Shown piece after piece: positions 11,567-21,058 of a DNA stretch of 64,000 nucleotides. This DNA comes from an uncultured candidate division WWE3 bacterium. GTDB taxonomy: Bacteria; Patescibacteriota; WWE3; UBA101185; UBA10185. Position numbers and translations under genes: made by a program. Position 1 is the first letter of the stretch; each line of letters begins with the position of its first letter. Below the pieces are notes generated by a model. That model was not told the origin of the DNA. It saw nothing but the letters and a program-made list of their open reading frames with translations, and searched no databases. The DNA lies in contig CAIRNR010000004.1 of the NCBI GenBank assembly GCA_903879985.1, positions 96,762-160,761 on the forward strand. The letters run 5' to 3'.

Positions 11567-12232
11567 TTATTTAAGAACTACAAAAGAATTTAAAAAAGTA
11601 TCAGCACCCTTTAACTCTTTTTCTTTAGACATTACTGAGACCATATAAATATAGAACATCGTGTCTCGTTTTTTGGCTATTAACATTCCTTTTGCGTAAA
11701 CATTGTTTGGGTAGTTGTATAACATAAAGTTTAGTTGACCGTTATATTTATTTGCGTCATACGTAGGTGGTTCCGTGGAATTGTAGTCCTGATTACCCAA
11801 AGTATTTTTTAATATTGTTTCCAATAAAGCTTGATTAATTTCTTTTTTAAATGGCATAGGATAACCGAATGTTGTGACGACATAGGACTCTTTTAATGTT
11901 CCAAAGGAATAGTCGTTTCGTAAAACGCTGGTATCAGGTGAAGTTATACGTTGTTGTTCGGGTTTTCCGTTGAAGTTTGCAGAGAACCCGTCAACATAGG
12001 ATGTGAATTTGTTATCGGAATCAATGGTTGTTGCTGGTGAACTTTCTGATGTGACTGTGCCTGCAGTGCTTAATTTATTTTCAGAAGTCGTATCAGTTGA
12101 TTTAAGGACCCCTTTAAAAGATAAATAGTCACGTAAGCCAAACGCTGCAAGAACTAAAACAACCACTACAACTAATGCGGAAGTCCAGTATTTAAGTGCC
12201 AGAGTTCTAATTTTAATTAGTTGTAGTCGCAT
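11567..12232 (-). CDS. Membrane-anchored protein, paralog of 12233..12955
   Basis: TM helix; shared KF.SYV..FS..FNG.P ... FLNSF C-terminal domain. Confidence 0.75.
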   Translation of the reverse strand: MRLQLIKIRTLALKYWTSALVVVVVLVLAAFGLRDYLSFKGVLKSTDTTSENKLSTAGTVTSESSPATTIDSDNKFTSYVDGFSANFNGKPEQQRITSPDTSVLRNDYSFGTLKESYVVTTFGYPMPFKKEINQALLETILKNTLGNQDYNSTEPPTYDANKYNGQLNFMLYNYPNNVYAKGMLIAKKRDTMFYIYMVSVMSKEKELKGADTFLNSFVVLK

Positions 12233-12955
12233 TTAATCAGTAAGTTCGAAGGAATTCAAGAAATTAGCAGCGCCTTTAGGTTCTTTATCGAATGACACAA
12301 CAGATACTATATATACAAAGAATTCGTTATCTCTGGTTCTGGTTACAAGCATACCTTTTATGTATTCGCCTCTTGTAGAGTTATACATTAAAAAGTGTAA
12401 GGTGCCGTTACCAAAATATGGATCAAAGGTTGTTGGTTCGGCAACTGTAAGGTTTTGCGTTGTTAAAACATTATTCAGTATGGAATCAAGAGATTCTTTA
12501 GTTATATCTTTTGTAGGAAGTGTTGGGTAAGTTAAAGCGATTATTGCGTAGTCATCACCCATATACGAAAGTGAATAATCCGTTCTTAATGCGTTAGAAC
12601 CTGGTGAAGCTACCTGGTTTTGTGTTGGTTCACCGTTAAAATCCACTGAGAATGAGTTAACATAGGACCTAAATTTTGTAGAACTGTCATCGGTTGAAAA
12701 TGCCGATCTAGTTGGTACCGGAGTGTCGGTTGGGATTGGGAAGTTTTCGCTAAATTTGTCGGCAACAACTTTTGGATCCTTAGAATCCACGGTTATAACT
12801 TTTGTTTTACCGTTAGCGTCTATTCCGACGATTTTGGTCTTAAAAGCGTCACTAAGTACAGTAAATCCGTAAAAACCTACGGCTATAAATACGACTACGG
12901 CTAAAATAATTAATACGGTAAAGGAATATAAAGTTACATTAGTTTTTTTGGTCAT
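12233..12955 (-). CDS. Membrane-anchored protein, paralog of 11567..12232
   Basis: Same shared domain as its neighbour. Confidence 0.75.
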   Translation of the reverse strand: MTKKTNVTLYSFTVLIILAVVVFIAVGFYGFTVLSDAFKTKIVGIDANGKTKVITVDSKDPKVVADKFSENFPIPTDTPVPTRSAFSTDDSSTKFRSYVNSFSVDFNGEPTQNQVASPGSNALRTDYSLSYMGDDYAIIALTYPTLPTKDITKESLDSILNNVLTTQNLTVAEPTTFDPYFGNGTLHFLMYNSTRGEYIKGMLVTRTRDNEFFVYIVSVVSFDKEPKGAANFLNSFELTD

Positions 12956-13004
12956 TATGTTTAAATGTTAACGGGTATTAGCCTATATGTAAATAACTTT
13001 GCGC

Positions 13005-13565
13005 TCACCAATGATACCTATCACAAATCACAGGCAAGTCAGGCCTACTAATTATTTCTTTCATTAAATCATCACTGCCTTCAACATATAATACGTCGTT
13101 ACCAGAAATAAATTGTTTTAGTTTCCCGTAAGTTTCCATTGAATAAAATCTTTGAGCACCATCTGTAAGTATGTCTGCGCCCAGCGACTTGTAATAATCG
13201 CTTAATTTTGGATTGCAAAATCCTATGGCGGTTTTAGCGTGTTCTTTTGCGTACTTAACCATTTCTTTTAGAATAATCCCTCCATAACCCATTTTTGGAA
13301 CAAAGGATATCAAAGTTGCCAATCCTAAAACTTCGAATTCTTTGTTATCGAAAACAATTTTTACGTTGTGAAATCTGGCAAATGCCGTAAATTTATTTGA
13401 AGAGTCCTATAGCATAAAATACAGTTTTTCCCAATCTTCGTTTTCCGGTAATGGTTTAATTACACTTTTTGAATTGAAGTGTTTTACTCGCGCATCATTA
13501 ATTATTTTGAGTTCTGGTTGCGTTAGCTCTTTGCCCGGTTTTATTTTAAGGGTGTATTCAGGCAT
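13005..13565 (-). pseudogene. GNAT acetyltransferase-like gene with one in-frame TAG
   Basis: ATG 13565 is in frame with ORF 13005..13322; single TAG at 13407-13409; KMGYG motif A. Confidence 0.65.
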
Positions 13566-13568
13566 TTT

Positions 13569-13973
13569 TTATAAACCTAATTTAGTAGCTATCAGGTATG
13601 TTACACAGGTTACTGTAGCCGATAACGATGTGCCCCATAATAGATCCACAAGTGTAACTATTAAGGGCCAGTTTTTAACGGTTGCTAAATTAGTTAGATC
13701 GTATGTTGAGTAAGTTGCTAATCCAAATAGTGCCCCCATTAAAACTGCCGATATCAATGAATGTTTAAGCAAGCTTGGCTCTATAACCAATAGAACAAGT
13801 CCCACAATAAATATTAAGTAAAAAATTAGCGCTGCAATTAAGTTTGGTTGTTCTGCCATTAAAAACCCAATGTGAGCTTTGTAAAATTTAGGAGCAACAA
13901 ATATAAGCCAGACAGAGTCTATTAGTAATAATACTGGTAAGGCGATGCCGTATAGTTTAAGAAAAGTTATCAT
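13569..13973 (-). CDS. DUF2177 family membrane protein
   Basis: D.VWL, YSTYDLTNLAT..NW..D..WG. Confidence 0.85.
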   Translation of the reverse strand: MITFLKLYGIALPVLLLIDSVWLIFVAPKFYKAHIGFLMAEQPNLIAALIFYLIFIVGLVLLVIEPSLLKHSLISAVLMGALFGLATYSTYDLTNLATVKNWPLIVTLVDLLWGTSLSATVTCVTYLIATKLGL

Positions 13974-14024
13974 ATGATTAAATGTTACTCCATCAGCTTA
14001 ATTATTTCATCACACTGAATTTAC

Positions 14025-14951
14025 TTATTGCGAAAATTTAGATCCATTAAGGCTTCCGTCATTATTGTAGCCTTTGCTTTCCCAAAAACCTTTGTAATTA
14101 GTATCACTTGATAATTCGATTTTAGTTATCCATTTTATCCACTTATAACCCCATTTCTGCTCGGCAACTAATTGAAAGGGAAAACCTCTTTCAGGTGGCA
14201 GTTCTACACCATTCAATATATATGCCAACATAATATTATTTTGAAGAACGTAGTCTAGTGGAAAGGAAGTTGAATAGCCGTCGGCAGCATAAAATATAAT
14301 AGTTGTAGCCTTGGGATCAATTTGTGAGTTTTTCAAAATGTCTTTAACCAATACTCCTTGCCATAAGGCCTTAACACTCCAACCTTCCACACAGTTGAGA
14401 GTTACTACTTTTTTGTAATTGGGTAAACCGACAATATCATTGTAACTATATGATGTCGGCGATGTTACCAAGCCACTTACTTGCAGTTTATAAGATTCTT
14501 TATTGATATACTGCACGCCTTTAATAGAATTTTCTCTAAAATCATTTACGGAACCCAACTTCTCTCCGTTATAATCATTAATTTCTACTGCCGAAAGATT
14601 TATAACCTGTTTAGATCTTAGGTAGTTCGAAAGTAAAAATAGTGCACTTCCCAAGAGAAAAATACTACAGATAACTATAAATGCACGAAAAATCGCATTT
14701 TTAGATAGTTGATAGTTTCCAATAAACGCTTTAACTAAACCTTCTCTCTTTAAAATAAGGTGTACAAGAATAAGTGCGGCTAAAATTATTCCGCTCCAAT
14801 CATGAATAACAGCTATTTTTGATGCTGGAAGGTAGTTATATATAAACAGAAAGTATCTTGCGAATTCCGGAAATCTTATGATGCCAGTGAATGCCAAAAA
14901 TAAAGTGTCGATAAACATACAAACTATACTAAGACGTTTAATAATGTGCAT
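14025..14951 (-). CDS. Molybdopterin-dependent oxidoreductase (sulfite oxidase/YuiH-like) with N-terminal membrane domain
   Basis: CVEGWS, DGYSTS, GFPFQL, WGYKWIKW, GFWE..GY; N-terminal H..SG...H TM pair. Confidence 0.85.
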   Translation of the reverse strand: MHIIKRLSIVCMFIDTLFLAFTGIIRFPEFARYFLFIYNYLPASKIAVIHDWSGIILAALILVHLILKREGLVKAFIGNYQLSKNAIFRAFIVICSIFLLGSALFLLSNYLRSKQVINLSAVEINDYNGEKLGSVNDFRENSIKGVQYINKESYKLQVSGLVTSPTSYSYNDIVGLPNYKKVVTLNCVEGWSVKALWQGVLVKDILKNSQIDPKATTIIFYAADGYSTSFPLDYVLQNNIMLAYILNGVELPPERGFPFQLVAEQKWGYKWIKWITKIELSSDTNYKGFWESKGYNNDGSLNGSKFSQ

Positions 14952-15016
14952 ACATTTATCTTAACATTTATATATTTTACAGGTTGCCAAATTAAACAAT
15001 ATGCTAAAATCTATAA

Positions 15017-15877
15017 ATGCAAGATCCTACACAATCTCAGTCTAAAACGTTGGTAGAAAAACTTAATGAGTGGGTAGATACCAATCAAGAAACACCTACA
15101 GGTGTCAGTTATAATACATATTCAACTAATACGCGTGGTAAAGATACAGAAGGTAGTTACCTAATATATTTTCCGCCAACTTATGAGAAAGATGTAAACA
15201 GAAGATATCCTGTTTTATTTTGGCTCCATGGTGGCAATGGAACAGCACGTGAAGGTGTTTGGGCGATTCAGAATTATTCCCGTGCCATTAACGAAGGTAA
15301 AATACCGGAAGTAATTATTGTTTCAGTGCAAGCCTTACCTATTGGCAGATATTTAAACTCAAAAGATGGGAAGCAACCTATTGAAGATGTCATTATTAAA
15401 GATCTTATTCCACATATTGATAGTACATACAGAACAATTACCCACAGAGAAAACAGGTGGATTGAGGGAATGTCTATGGGTGGGTATGGTGCGTTGAGAT
15501 TTGGATTTAAATATCCTGATTTATTCGGCGTGGTATCCGCAATTGCTCCAAGTATCTTGCGAAATCTAACTGAAGAACCCGAGGAAGTAGGCGTTTCGTT
15601 TGGAAATAGCCAAGAATATTTTGAAGAAGTTGGCCCTTGGCATATAGCGGAAGTAAACGCAGAAAAATTTTTACAAAATAAAAACAGATTAAGGATATTT
15701 ATAGGAGATAACGATATCAGGCTATTACAGTCAGTACGCAATTATCATCGATTATTATCGGATCTAAAAGTATCAACCGATTATAAAGAGATTCCAGGGG
15801 CAAATCATATTTATGCTGAGGTAGCCACAAATTGCGGTGACGAATTTTTCACTTTTTGGAAAACAGCTTTAAATTAA
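15017..15877 (+). CDS. Alpha/beta hydrolase, Fes-like esterase
   Basis: YPVLFWLHG, GMSMGG nucleophile elbow, GD.D, GANH. Confidence 0.88.
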   Translation: MQDPTQSQSKTLVEKLNEWVDTNQETPTGVSYNTYSTNTRGKDTEGSYLIYFPPTYEKDVNRRYPVLFWLHGGNGTAREGVWAIQNYSRAINEGKIPEVIIVSVQALPIGRYLNSKDGKQPIEDVIIKDLIPHIDSTYRTITHRENRWIEGMSMGGYGALRFGFKYPDLFGVVSAIAPSILRNLTEEPEEVGVSFGNSQEYFEEVGPWHIAEVNAEKFLQNKNRLRIFIGDNDIRLLQSVRNYHRLLSDLKVSTDYKEIPGANHIYAEVATNCGDEFFTFWKTALN

Positions 15878-15879
15878 TT

Positions 15880-15921
15880 TGGTGGGCCCAATAGGGGTCG
15901 AACCTATGACCTTTCGGATGT
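15880..15921 (-). pseudogene. 3' half of a tRNA-Val-like gene
   Basis: ACATCCGAAAGGTC-ATAGG-TTCGACC-CCTAT-TGGGCCC-ACCA; intact T arm and CCA. Confidence 0.65.
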
Positions 15922-15944
15922 GAGTCCATCGCCTCAATTAAATC

Positions 15945-16021
15945 TGGTGGGCGGTGCGGGGATCGAACCTGCGACCTTTCGGATGTAAACCGAATGCTCT
16001 AACCAGCTGAGCTAACCGCCC
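15945..16021 (-). tRNA. tRNA-Val(TAC)
   Basis: GGGCGGT/ACCGCCC acceptor; TTCGG-TTTACAT-CCGAA; CCA. Confidence 0.92.
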
Positions 16022-16031
16022 AGATTTAATT

Positions 16032-16064
16032 TAAACGAATGCTACCCAACTGAGCTAACTCCCC
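16032..16064 (-). pseudogene. 5' half of a tRNA-Val-like gene
   Basis: GGGGAGTTAGCTCAGTTGGGTAGCATTCGTTTA closely resembles the 5' half of the adjacent tRNA-Val. Confidence 0.6.
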
Positions 16065-16135
16065 AAATTGCACAATACTAAAGACATTTTACCAAGATTA
16101 TTTAAATTTGCACCATTTTCTGTTTAAATTAGAGT

Positions 16136-17089
16136 GTGGCAAGAAGAAAACAACGTGCTAAAGATAACGATTTTTTACTATTAACGCTTCCTTTTTTGGC
16201 GGTAGGAATTTTGACGTTTGTTTTTTTCTCCCAACGAGCCAAAATACAATTGCCAAATAGCCTTGCTGATATACCAAATACCCCTCTTATTGTTGAAAAT
16301 AAAATGTCCGCTGCCGATATAGAAGCTGCCAAAAAGATTCAGGGTATGCGGGATGACTTTGCTGTACTTTCTACTAAGATCAAGCAGGAAAGTGGCGTTT
16401 ACGGTTTGTATATTAAGGACGAAAATCGAAAAATTGATTTTAAATATAACGAATCAGGCGAGTTTTATGCTGCATCTCTATATAAATTGCCCATAGCTGC
16501 TGCAGCATTAAAAGCAATAGAAAAAGGAAAACTAACTAAAGATACAAAAATCACTTACCTACCATACGATTATTCTTCCGGTACAGGTGAAATTAACACA
16601 TATAATTATGGTATCGAACTGCGAACCGAAGATGTTTTAACAGAGCTTCTAAAAAATTCAGATAATACCGCTCAAAGCATGATTTTACGTCAGCTTGATT
16701 TTAACTACGTCGAGGATACATTTAGTGCGTTAGTTCCTGATCCAAAAACAAGCACATATTTTAGATACAACACTTCCACGGCCTATGAAGTAGGTTACGT
16801 TGTAGATCAACTTTACTTTGGAAAATATCTAAATAGTGATAGCAAAGTGTTTTTAAAGGACACGTTAATTGGTACATCTTTTGAGGATCGTATAAGTGCT
16901 TACTTAAAACCGGGCCTTAAGTTTTCTCACAAAATAGGAAGCTGGCCTGAAACATGGCACGATTGTGGTGTAGTATATGGCAAATACGATCAAGTTGTAG
17001 TTTGTTTAATGAGCACCAGTGCTCCGTATGAAAACTTTTTAAACGTGTCCAAGCAGGTTGGAGAATTTATTTCTAAATATTATGAGTAG
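16136..17089 (+). CDS. Serine hydrolase, class A beta-lactamase-like
   Basis: SLYK (SxxK), SDN and HKIG motifs; N-terminal TM anchor. Confidence 0.85.
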   Translation: MARRKQRAKDNDFLLLTLPFLAVGILTFVFFSQRAKIQLPNSLADIPNTPLIVENKMSAADIEAAKKIQGMRDDFAVLSTKIKQESGVYGLYIKDENRKIDFKYNESGEFYAASLYKLPIAAAALKAIEKGKLTKDTKITYLPYDYSSGTGEINTYNYGIELRTEDVLTELLKNSDNTAQSMILRQLDFNYVEDTFSALVPDPKTSTYFRYNTSTAYEVGYVVDQLYFGKYLNSDSKVFLKDTLIGTSFEDRISAYLKPGLKFSHKIGSWPETWHDCGVVYGKYDQVVVCLMSTSAPYENFLNVSKQVGEFISKYYE

Positions 17090-17375
17090 TACATTTCAAA
17101 GAACAATCGAAAATTTTGTATGTGAGAATTGCGGATACAGTGTTGAGGGAAATGGTTATACAAATCACTGTCCTAAATGTTTATGGAGCAAACACGTTGA
17201 TGTAAATCCAGGCGATCGTTTAAACGATTGCAAAGGTTTAATGAAACCAATTAGTTTTGAAATTAAAAATGGCGAAACTATTTTGTCACAGAAATGTGTG
17301 GTTTGCGGAGATGTTCGTCGCATAAAACTACTGCCAGGCGATAACACCGAAGTGCTATTTCAAATTGGCGTCTAA
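17082..17375 (+). CDS. RNHCP domain zinc-ribbon protein
   Basis: CENCG, TNHCPKCLWSKHVD..PGDR...C.G.M. Confidence 0.88.
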   Translation: MSSTFQRTIENFVCENCGYSVEGNGYTNHCPKCLWSKHVDVNPGDRLNDCKGLMKPISFEIKNGETILSQKCVVCGDVRRIKLLPGDNTEVLFQIGV

Positions 17376-17551
17376 ACAGGCCTAAAAACACCCTAAATAA
17401 CCATATAGTATACAAATAGGATATATGTGGTACAATGTTTTTGCTCTAGTGACGTTAGAAGTATTACGAGTTTGTCTCTTATGTATTTCCCGCTCCTTAG
17501 AGTTAGTTGTATGCAAGTATTTTATACAAAATCGAAGGGCGGTGATATTAA

Positions 17552-17827
17552 ATGACCAAATTATACGTGGGTAACTTATCCTATTCTATGACCGATTCTA
17601 CCTTAGCCGACGCTTTCGCCGCCTATGGAACAGTCGCTTCAGCTACTATTATAATGGATAGAGCTTCAGGAAGAAGTAAAGGTTTCGGTTTCGTCGAATT
17701 AGAAGATGACGCAGCAGCTCAATCAGCTATTAACGAAATGAACGGTAAGGATGTTGACGGACGCAAGATCTCAGTATCAGTCGCTAGACCTCAAGAAGAT
17801 AGACCAAGAAATAACTTCAGAAGATAA
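17552..17827 (+). CDS. RRM RNA-binding protein
   Basis: LYVGNL (RNP2) and KGFGFV (RNP1). Confidence 0.93.
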   Translation: MTKLYVGNLSYSMTDSTLADAFAAYGTVASATIIMDRASGRSKGFGFVELEDDAAAQSAINEMNGKDVDGRKISVSVARPQEDRPRNNFRR

Positions 17828-17851
17828 TCTCGTTACGCTTTGACGTCTGAT

Positions 17852-17883
17852 AAAAAGGCCGGGCTTTTTAGCTCGGCCTTTTT
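17852..17883. terminator. Bidirectional intrinsic terminator
   Basis: aaaaaggccgggc-ttttta-gctcggccttttt. Confidence 0.85.
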
Positions 17884-17890
17884 CGTTGTG

Positions 17891-18328
17891 TTAAAGTATA
17901 GCCTCTTCAAGACTTTTGGATGTACGACCAAAGAAGTATGGTAGCCATGGTTTATACGATTTATATATCTTCAAATACGTGAATATATCTATTACAAAAT
18001 TAATCAAAAATCCCAGGAACAAATAATAAATGCTGTTATGTGTAAGATAAGAAAGTATCAAGGCGATGCTTAAAAACTGAAAAGTATGAAAAATATATAA
18101 ATGTGGCCTATGAAGCCTAAACTCATGCCTAAAAAACTTTATCATTCCCGAATAAGTATGGTATTTAGCCAAATAATATAAAACGTGGTCAAGATCGATA
18201 ATAAACGAACCGGCAATTATTAGTATGGTTTGAGCGTATGAGAATCTGAAAAGTAAGGCTGCACCCAGTGGAGTTATGAAGTTTATCGCAAATTCGAGTA
18301 GGATTTTTTTGTTTAGTTTAGATAGCAC
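17891..18328 (-). CDS. YdjM-like membrane protein, putative metal-dependent hydrolase
   Basis: DLDH and FHT motifs; several TM segments. Confidence 0.65.
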   Translation of the reverse strand: MLSKLNKKILLEFAINFITPLGAALLFRFSYAQTILIIAGSFIIDLDHVLYYLAKYHTYSGMIKFFRHEFRLHRPHLYIFHTFQFLSIALILSYLTHNSIYYLFLGFLINFVIDIFTYLKIYKSYKPWLPYFFGRTSKSLEEAIL

Positions 18329-18366
18329 TTCTTTTATATTACTATAAACGATAGTATTCTAAAAAC

Positions 18367-18648
18367 ATGCTGCATTTTATATTGAGTGCAATAAGTCTTC
18401 CTTTTGAATTCCTCTTTGCCTTTCTCGTATTAGCTTTTCCCTACTATGTTGTTCGTCTTCTACTAGAAAGAGAGAATGCTCAAAAGAATAAGAGAGATTG
18501 AGACTTAAATGAAAAAGAGTATTGTTTATCTATGGATAAGAACGATTATTCTTCGATGCGTTTTGTTGTAGGTGCATGTTTTGGTGGCGGGCTTGCGCTT
18601 GTCATTCAAGTAATAAATCTTTTGCATTTAAATCCATTTATTAAGTAA
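18367..18648 (+). pseudogene. Possible small two-TM protein gene with in-frame TGA
   Basis: 94-codon frame with one TGA at 18499-18501; hydrophobic segments on both sides. Confidence 0.3.
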
Positions 18649-18696
18649 TAATATTCAAGCGTGAAAAGTTTAGTCACCTATAAGTAAGGGATTACA

Positions 18697-18772
18697 TGGT
18701 GGGAAGAGTGGGAGTCGGACCCACATAGCCGGTTTTTCAGACCGGTGCCGTGACCACCTTGGCTATCTTCCC
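18697..18772 (-). tRNA. tRNA-Phe(GAA)
   Basis: GGGAAGA/TCTTCCC; CCGGT-CTGAAAA-ACCGG; T-loop TCCGACT; CCA. Confidence 0.88.
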
Positions 18773-18775
18773 TTA

Positions 18776-18850
<75 letters not shown>

Positions 18851-18861
18851 ACGAATGCAAT

Positions 18862-18895
18862 GAGTGCGAGTGCGCGACGAAGTCGCAACTCTCGC
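18862..18895 (-). repeat. tRNA-leader hairpin element, copy 1
   Basis: GCGAGAG-TTGCGACTTCGTCGCG-CACTCGC-ACTC; related copy at 31191..31225. Confidence 0.7.
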
Positions 18896-18976
18896 GAACT
18901 ACAAAAGCTTACACATTATATTGATACCAGCCCAAAAAGTCCAGAAGCCAGCCTAAGAGGTACGTACATAGCTATT

Positions 18977-20680
18977 TTACCAGCTTCCACCGCCTCCGCC
19001 ACCACCACCGCCGCCTGAGAAACCCCCACTAAAACCACTGCCAAATCCGGAACTTGATCTTGTCGCTGTAGCAGCTTGCACAGTGTCTCCCATGGAGTGT
19101 GTGAATGCTGTAATCAATAACAAATTCTCACCGTCATACCAATCGGCTTTATATGTGGAGATATCTTTAAATTTGCCCACCCAGATCTTTTCGCATCCAA
19201 AGGCTGTTGCGTAAGGTAGCAACTTTTCAAAAAACATTTGATTTTGAGCCTGAAAATCTAATTGCTCGGTTTGAGAGGCTAAAAAGTTTTTCAGAGATAC
19301 TGCTTCGGAATATTTTTCTATACCTAAATCTGTGCGTCTAGCTGATTTACGACCCCAAAATATCGACAATATTGTTAAAGGTATGTTTAGACCAAAGTAT
19401 AAGGATAATACGCTTAAAGTAGTAAAGAACGTATCAACTGTTGAAGGATTTTCCTTATAGAAGCCGCGTGTTTTTAAATCCTTCAGAACTTCTTTTTTAT
19501 ACGTAACAATGCTGTCCGAAAAAGCTGTGGGTTTTTTCAAACTGTTCATTGAAACTGTATCACTGCCAAATATGCCTGCAAAAAGTTTTACTTCTTTATC
19601 ACCAATGCTTTCTCCAATTTCCAAATCTTTTATTTTTGTAAGGCTAATATCGTCGGTTCCTTTTTGAGTTATTTTCAAATAGCCCTTTTGAGCAAGCCAA
19701 ATAATAAGTGCCACGACATCTCTGTTATCCATTGTAGAGTCTATCAGCGCCCCTACTTCTGCAGGATTAAGAGGAACACCTTTGGCGTCATTAGGTGGTT
19801 GAAACCATGCAGCAACTATTTTCTGCTTTTTCTTTATATTCATTTTTTCGCTGATTATGCGAAACAGAACAAATCCCGGAATAAGTAAATACCAGATGAT
19901 TGATCCGATGCTAAATATAATAGTTTGTACAATTGTAAATGCGACGCCAGTGAGATCGTTTGATGGAACTGGTTCTATAACGGCGACTAATCCTTTTGGA
20001 AATCCTGCTACTGTTGATAGTCCCTCACCAACTGAAAGATCCGTTGCGGAATAATCGTATGTTCCAAATGCATAGCTTGAGGTGCAATCTTTGGCTTTAC
20101 TTCCGACCACTCCTGTGTAACAGGTTGTATTTGTATTTTGAGAAGAAACTGATTTGGGTAGTACTACTTCTGACGTTGCATATAAAATTGGAACTGTCCA
20201 ACCATTTCCTGTGGTATTCCAATAAAGTTCATCGTGGTCACTGAAATAGGTAATTGCTCCTGAAACAGTGTAGTTAATTACGTATGTGTGTAAGCCGGTA
20301 ATAGTTGCATTCGGATCACCAACTTTTAGTGTTATCTGTCCCCCACTTTGCTCTGTTGTGTATTTATATGGACGGCCATAGGAATCCGTAATTGAAGTAA
20401 CATCTATAGTTAGTTTGTATTTTTTGCCGTCACTATTTTGTTTTACGTAAGAAATATATCTGTAGATACCGTGTTTTTGTAAATTACCAAAATCGTAATC
20501 AATTGTTTCTGTAACTGCTATTGTTCCATCTGAGTTTACTTTTACTTGGGAATCAAAAGATGAAATATTTTCCGCCGGAGGAGTAAGTACATGCTTAGTC
20601 GTTTGCGCATATACAACATGGGAAGTAATCAAGGTAAAAAAAACAATACCAACGCTAAATGCGAATATTTTTAATTTCAT
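18977..20680 (-). CDS. DUF2207 family membrane protein
   Basis: HGIYR, DELYWN..G..W, LPYA.AFG and Gly-rich GGGGGSW tail. Confidence 0.9.
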   Translation of the reverse strand: MKLKIFAFSVGIVFFTLITSHVVYAQTTKHVLTPPAENISSFDSQVKVNSDGTIAVTETIDYDFGNLQKHGIYRYISYVKQNSDGKKYKLTIDVTSITDSYGRPYKYTTEQSGGQITLKVGDPNATITGLHTYVINYTVSGAITYFSDHDELYWNTTGNGWTVPILYATSEVVLPKSVSSQNTNTTCYTGVVGSKAKDCTSSYAFGTYDYSATDLSVGEGLSTVAGFPKGLVAVIEPVPSNDLTGVAFTIVQTIIFSIGSIIWYLLIPGFVLFRIISEKMNIKKKQKIVAAWFQPPNDAKGVPLNPAEVGALIDSTMDNRDVVALIIWLAQKGYLKITQKGTDDISLTKIKDLEIGESIGDKEVKLFAGIFGSDTVSMNSLKKPTAFSDSIVTYKKEVLKDLKTRGFYKENPSTVDTFFTTLSVLSLYFGLNIPLTILSIFWGRKSARRTDLGIEKYSEAVSLKNFLASQTEQLDFQAQNQMFFEKLLPYATAFGCEKIWVGKFKDISTYKADWYDGENLLLITAFTHSMGDTVQAATATRSSSGFGSGFSGGFSGGGGGGGGGGSW

Positions 20681-20736
20681 TGTTAAATTATATATAAAGC
20701 CTGCGGAAAAAAAAGGGACAGTAATAGCTAAATTAC

Positions 20737-20949
20737 TTATTTCTTTTTCTTTTTTGCTTTATACGTGCTAATGCCTAACAACGAATACACGCCACAATAT
20801 CCCACTACACCAGTTATTAGTAACATAGTACCAAGAACAGCTGCTACTAACTGAACTGTGCCTGTTAAGAAGAACGCAGCTAAGAATAAACTCGTTACTC
20901 CTGCTGTGGTACGTATTCCTCTATCAAAATTACTTTCATTTACTTTCAT
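20737..20949 (-). CDS. DUF2892 (YgaP-like) small membrane protein
   Basis: N...DR..R and TG..GYC..Y..LG motifs. Confidence 0.85.
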   Translation of the reverse strand: MKVNESNFDRGIRTTAGVTSLFLAAFFLTGTVQLVAAVLGTMLLITGVVGYCGVYSLLGISTYKAKKKKK

Positions 20950-21058
20950 TGTATTTCCCCTTAAATATTTACTTAATTAATGATACACATTTTTGTTATA
21001 CTCTGTATATACTTTGAAAACATATCAATGAAAGACTACACACTAAGGAGAGTGCACC

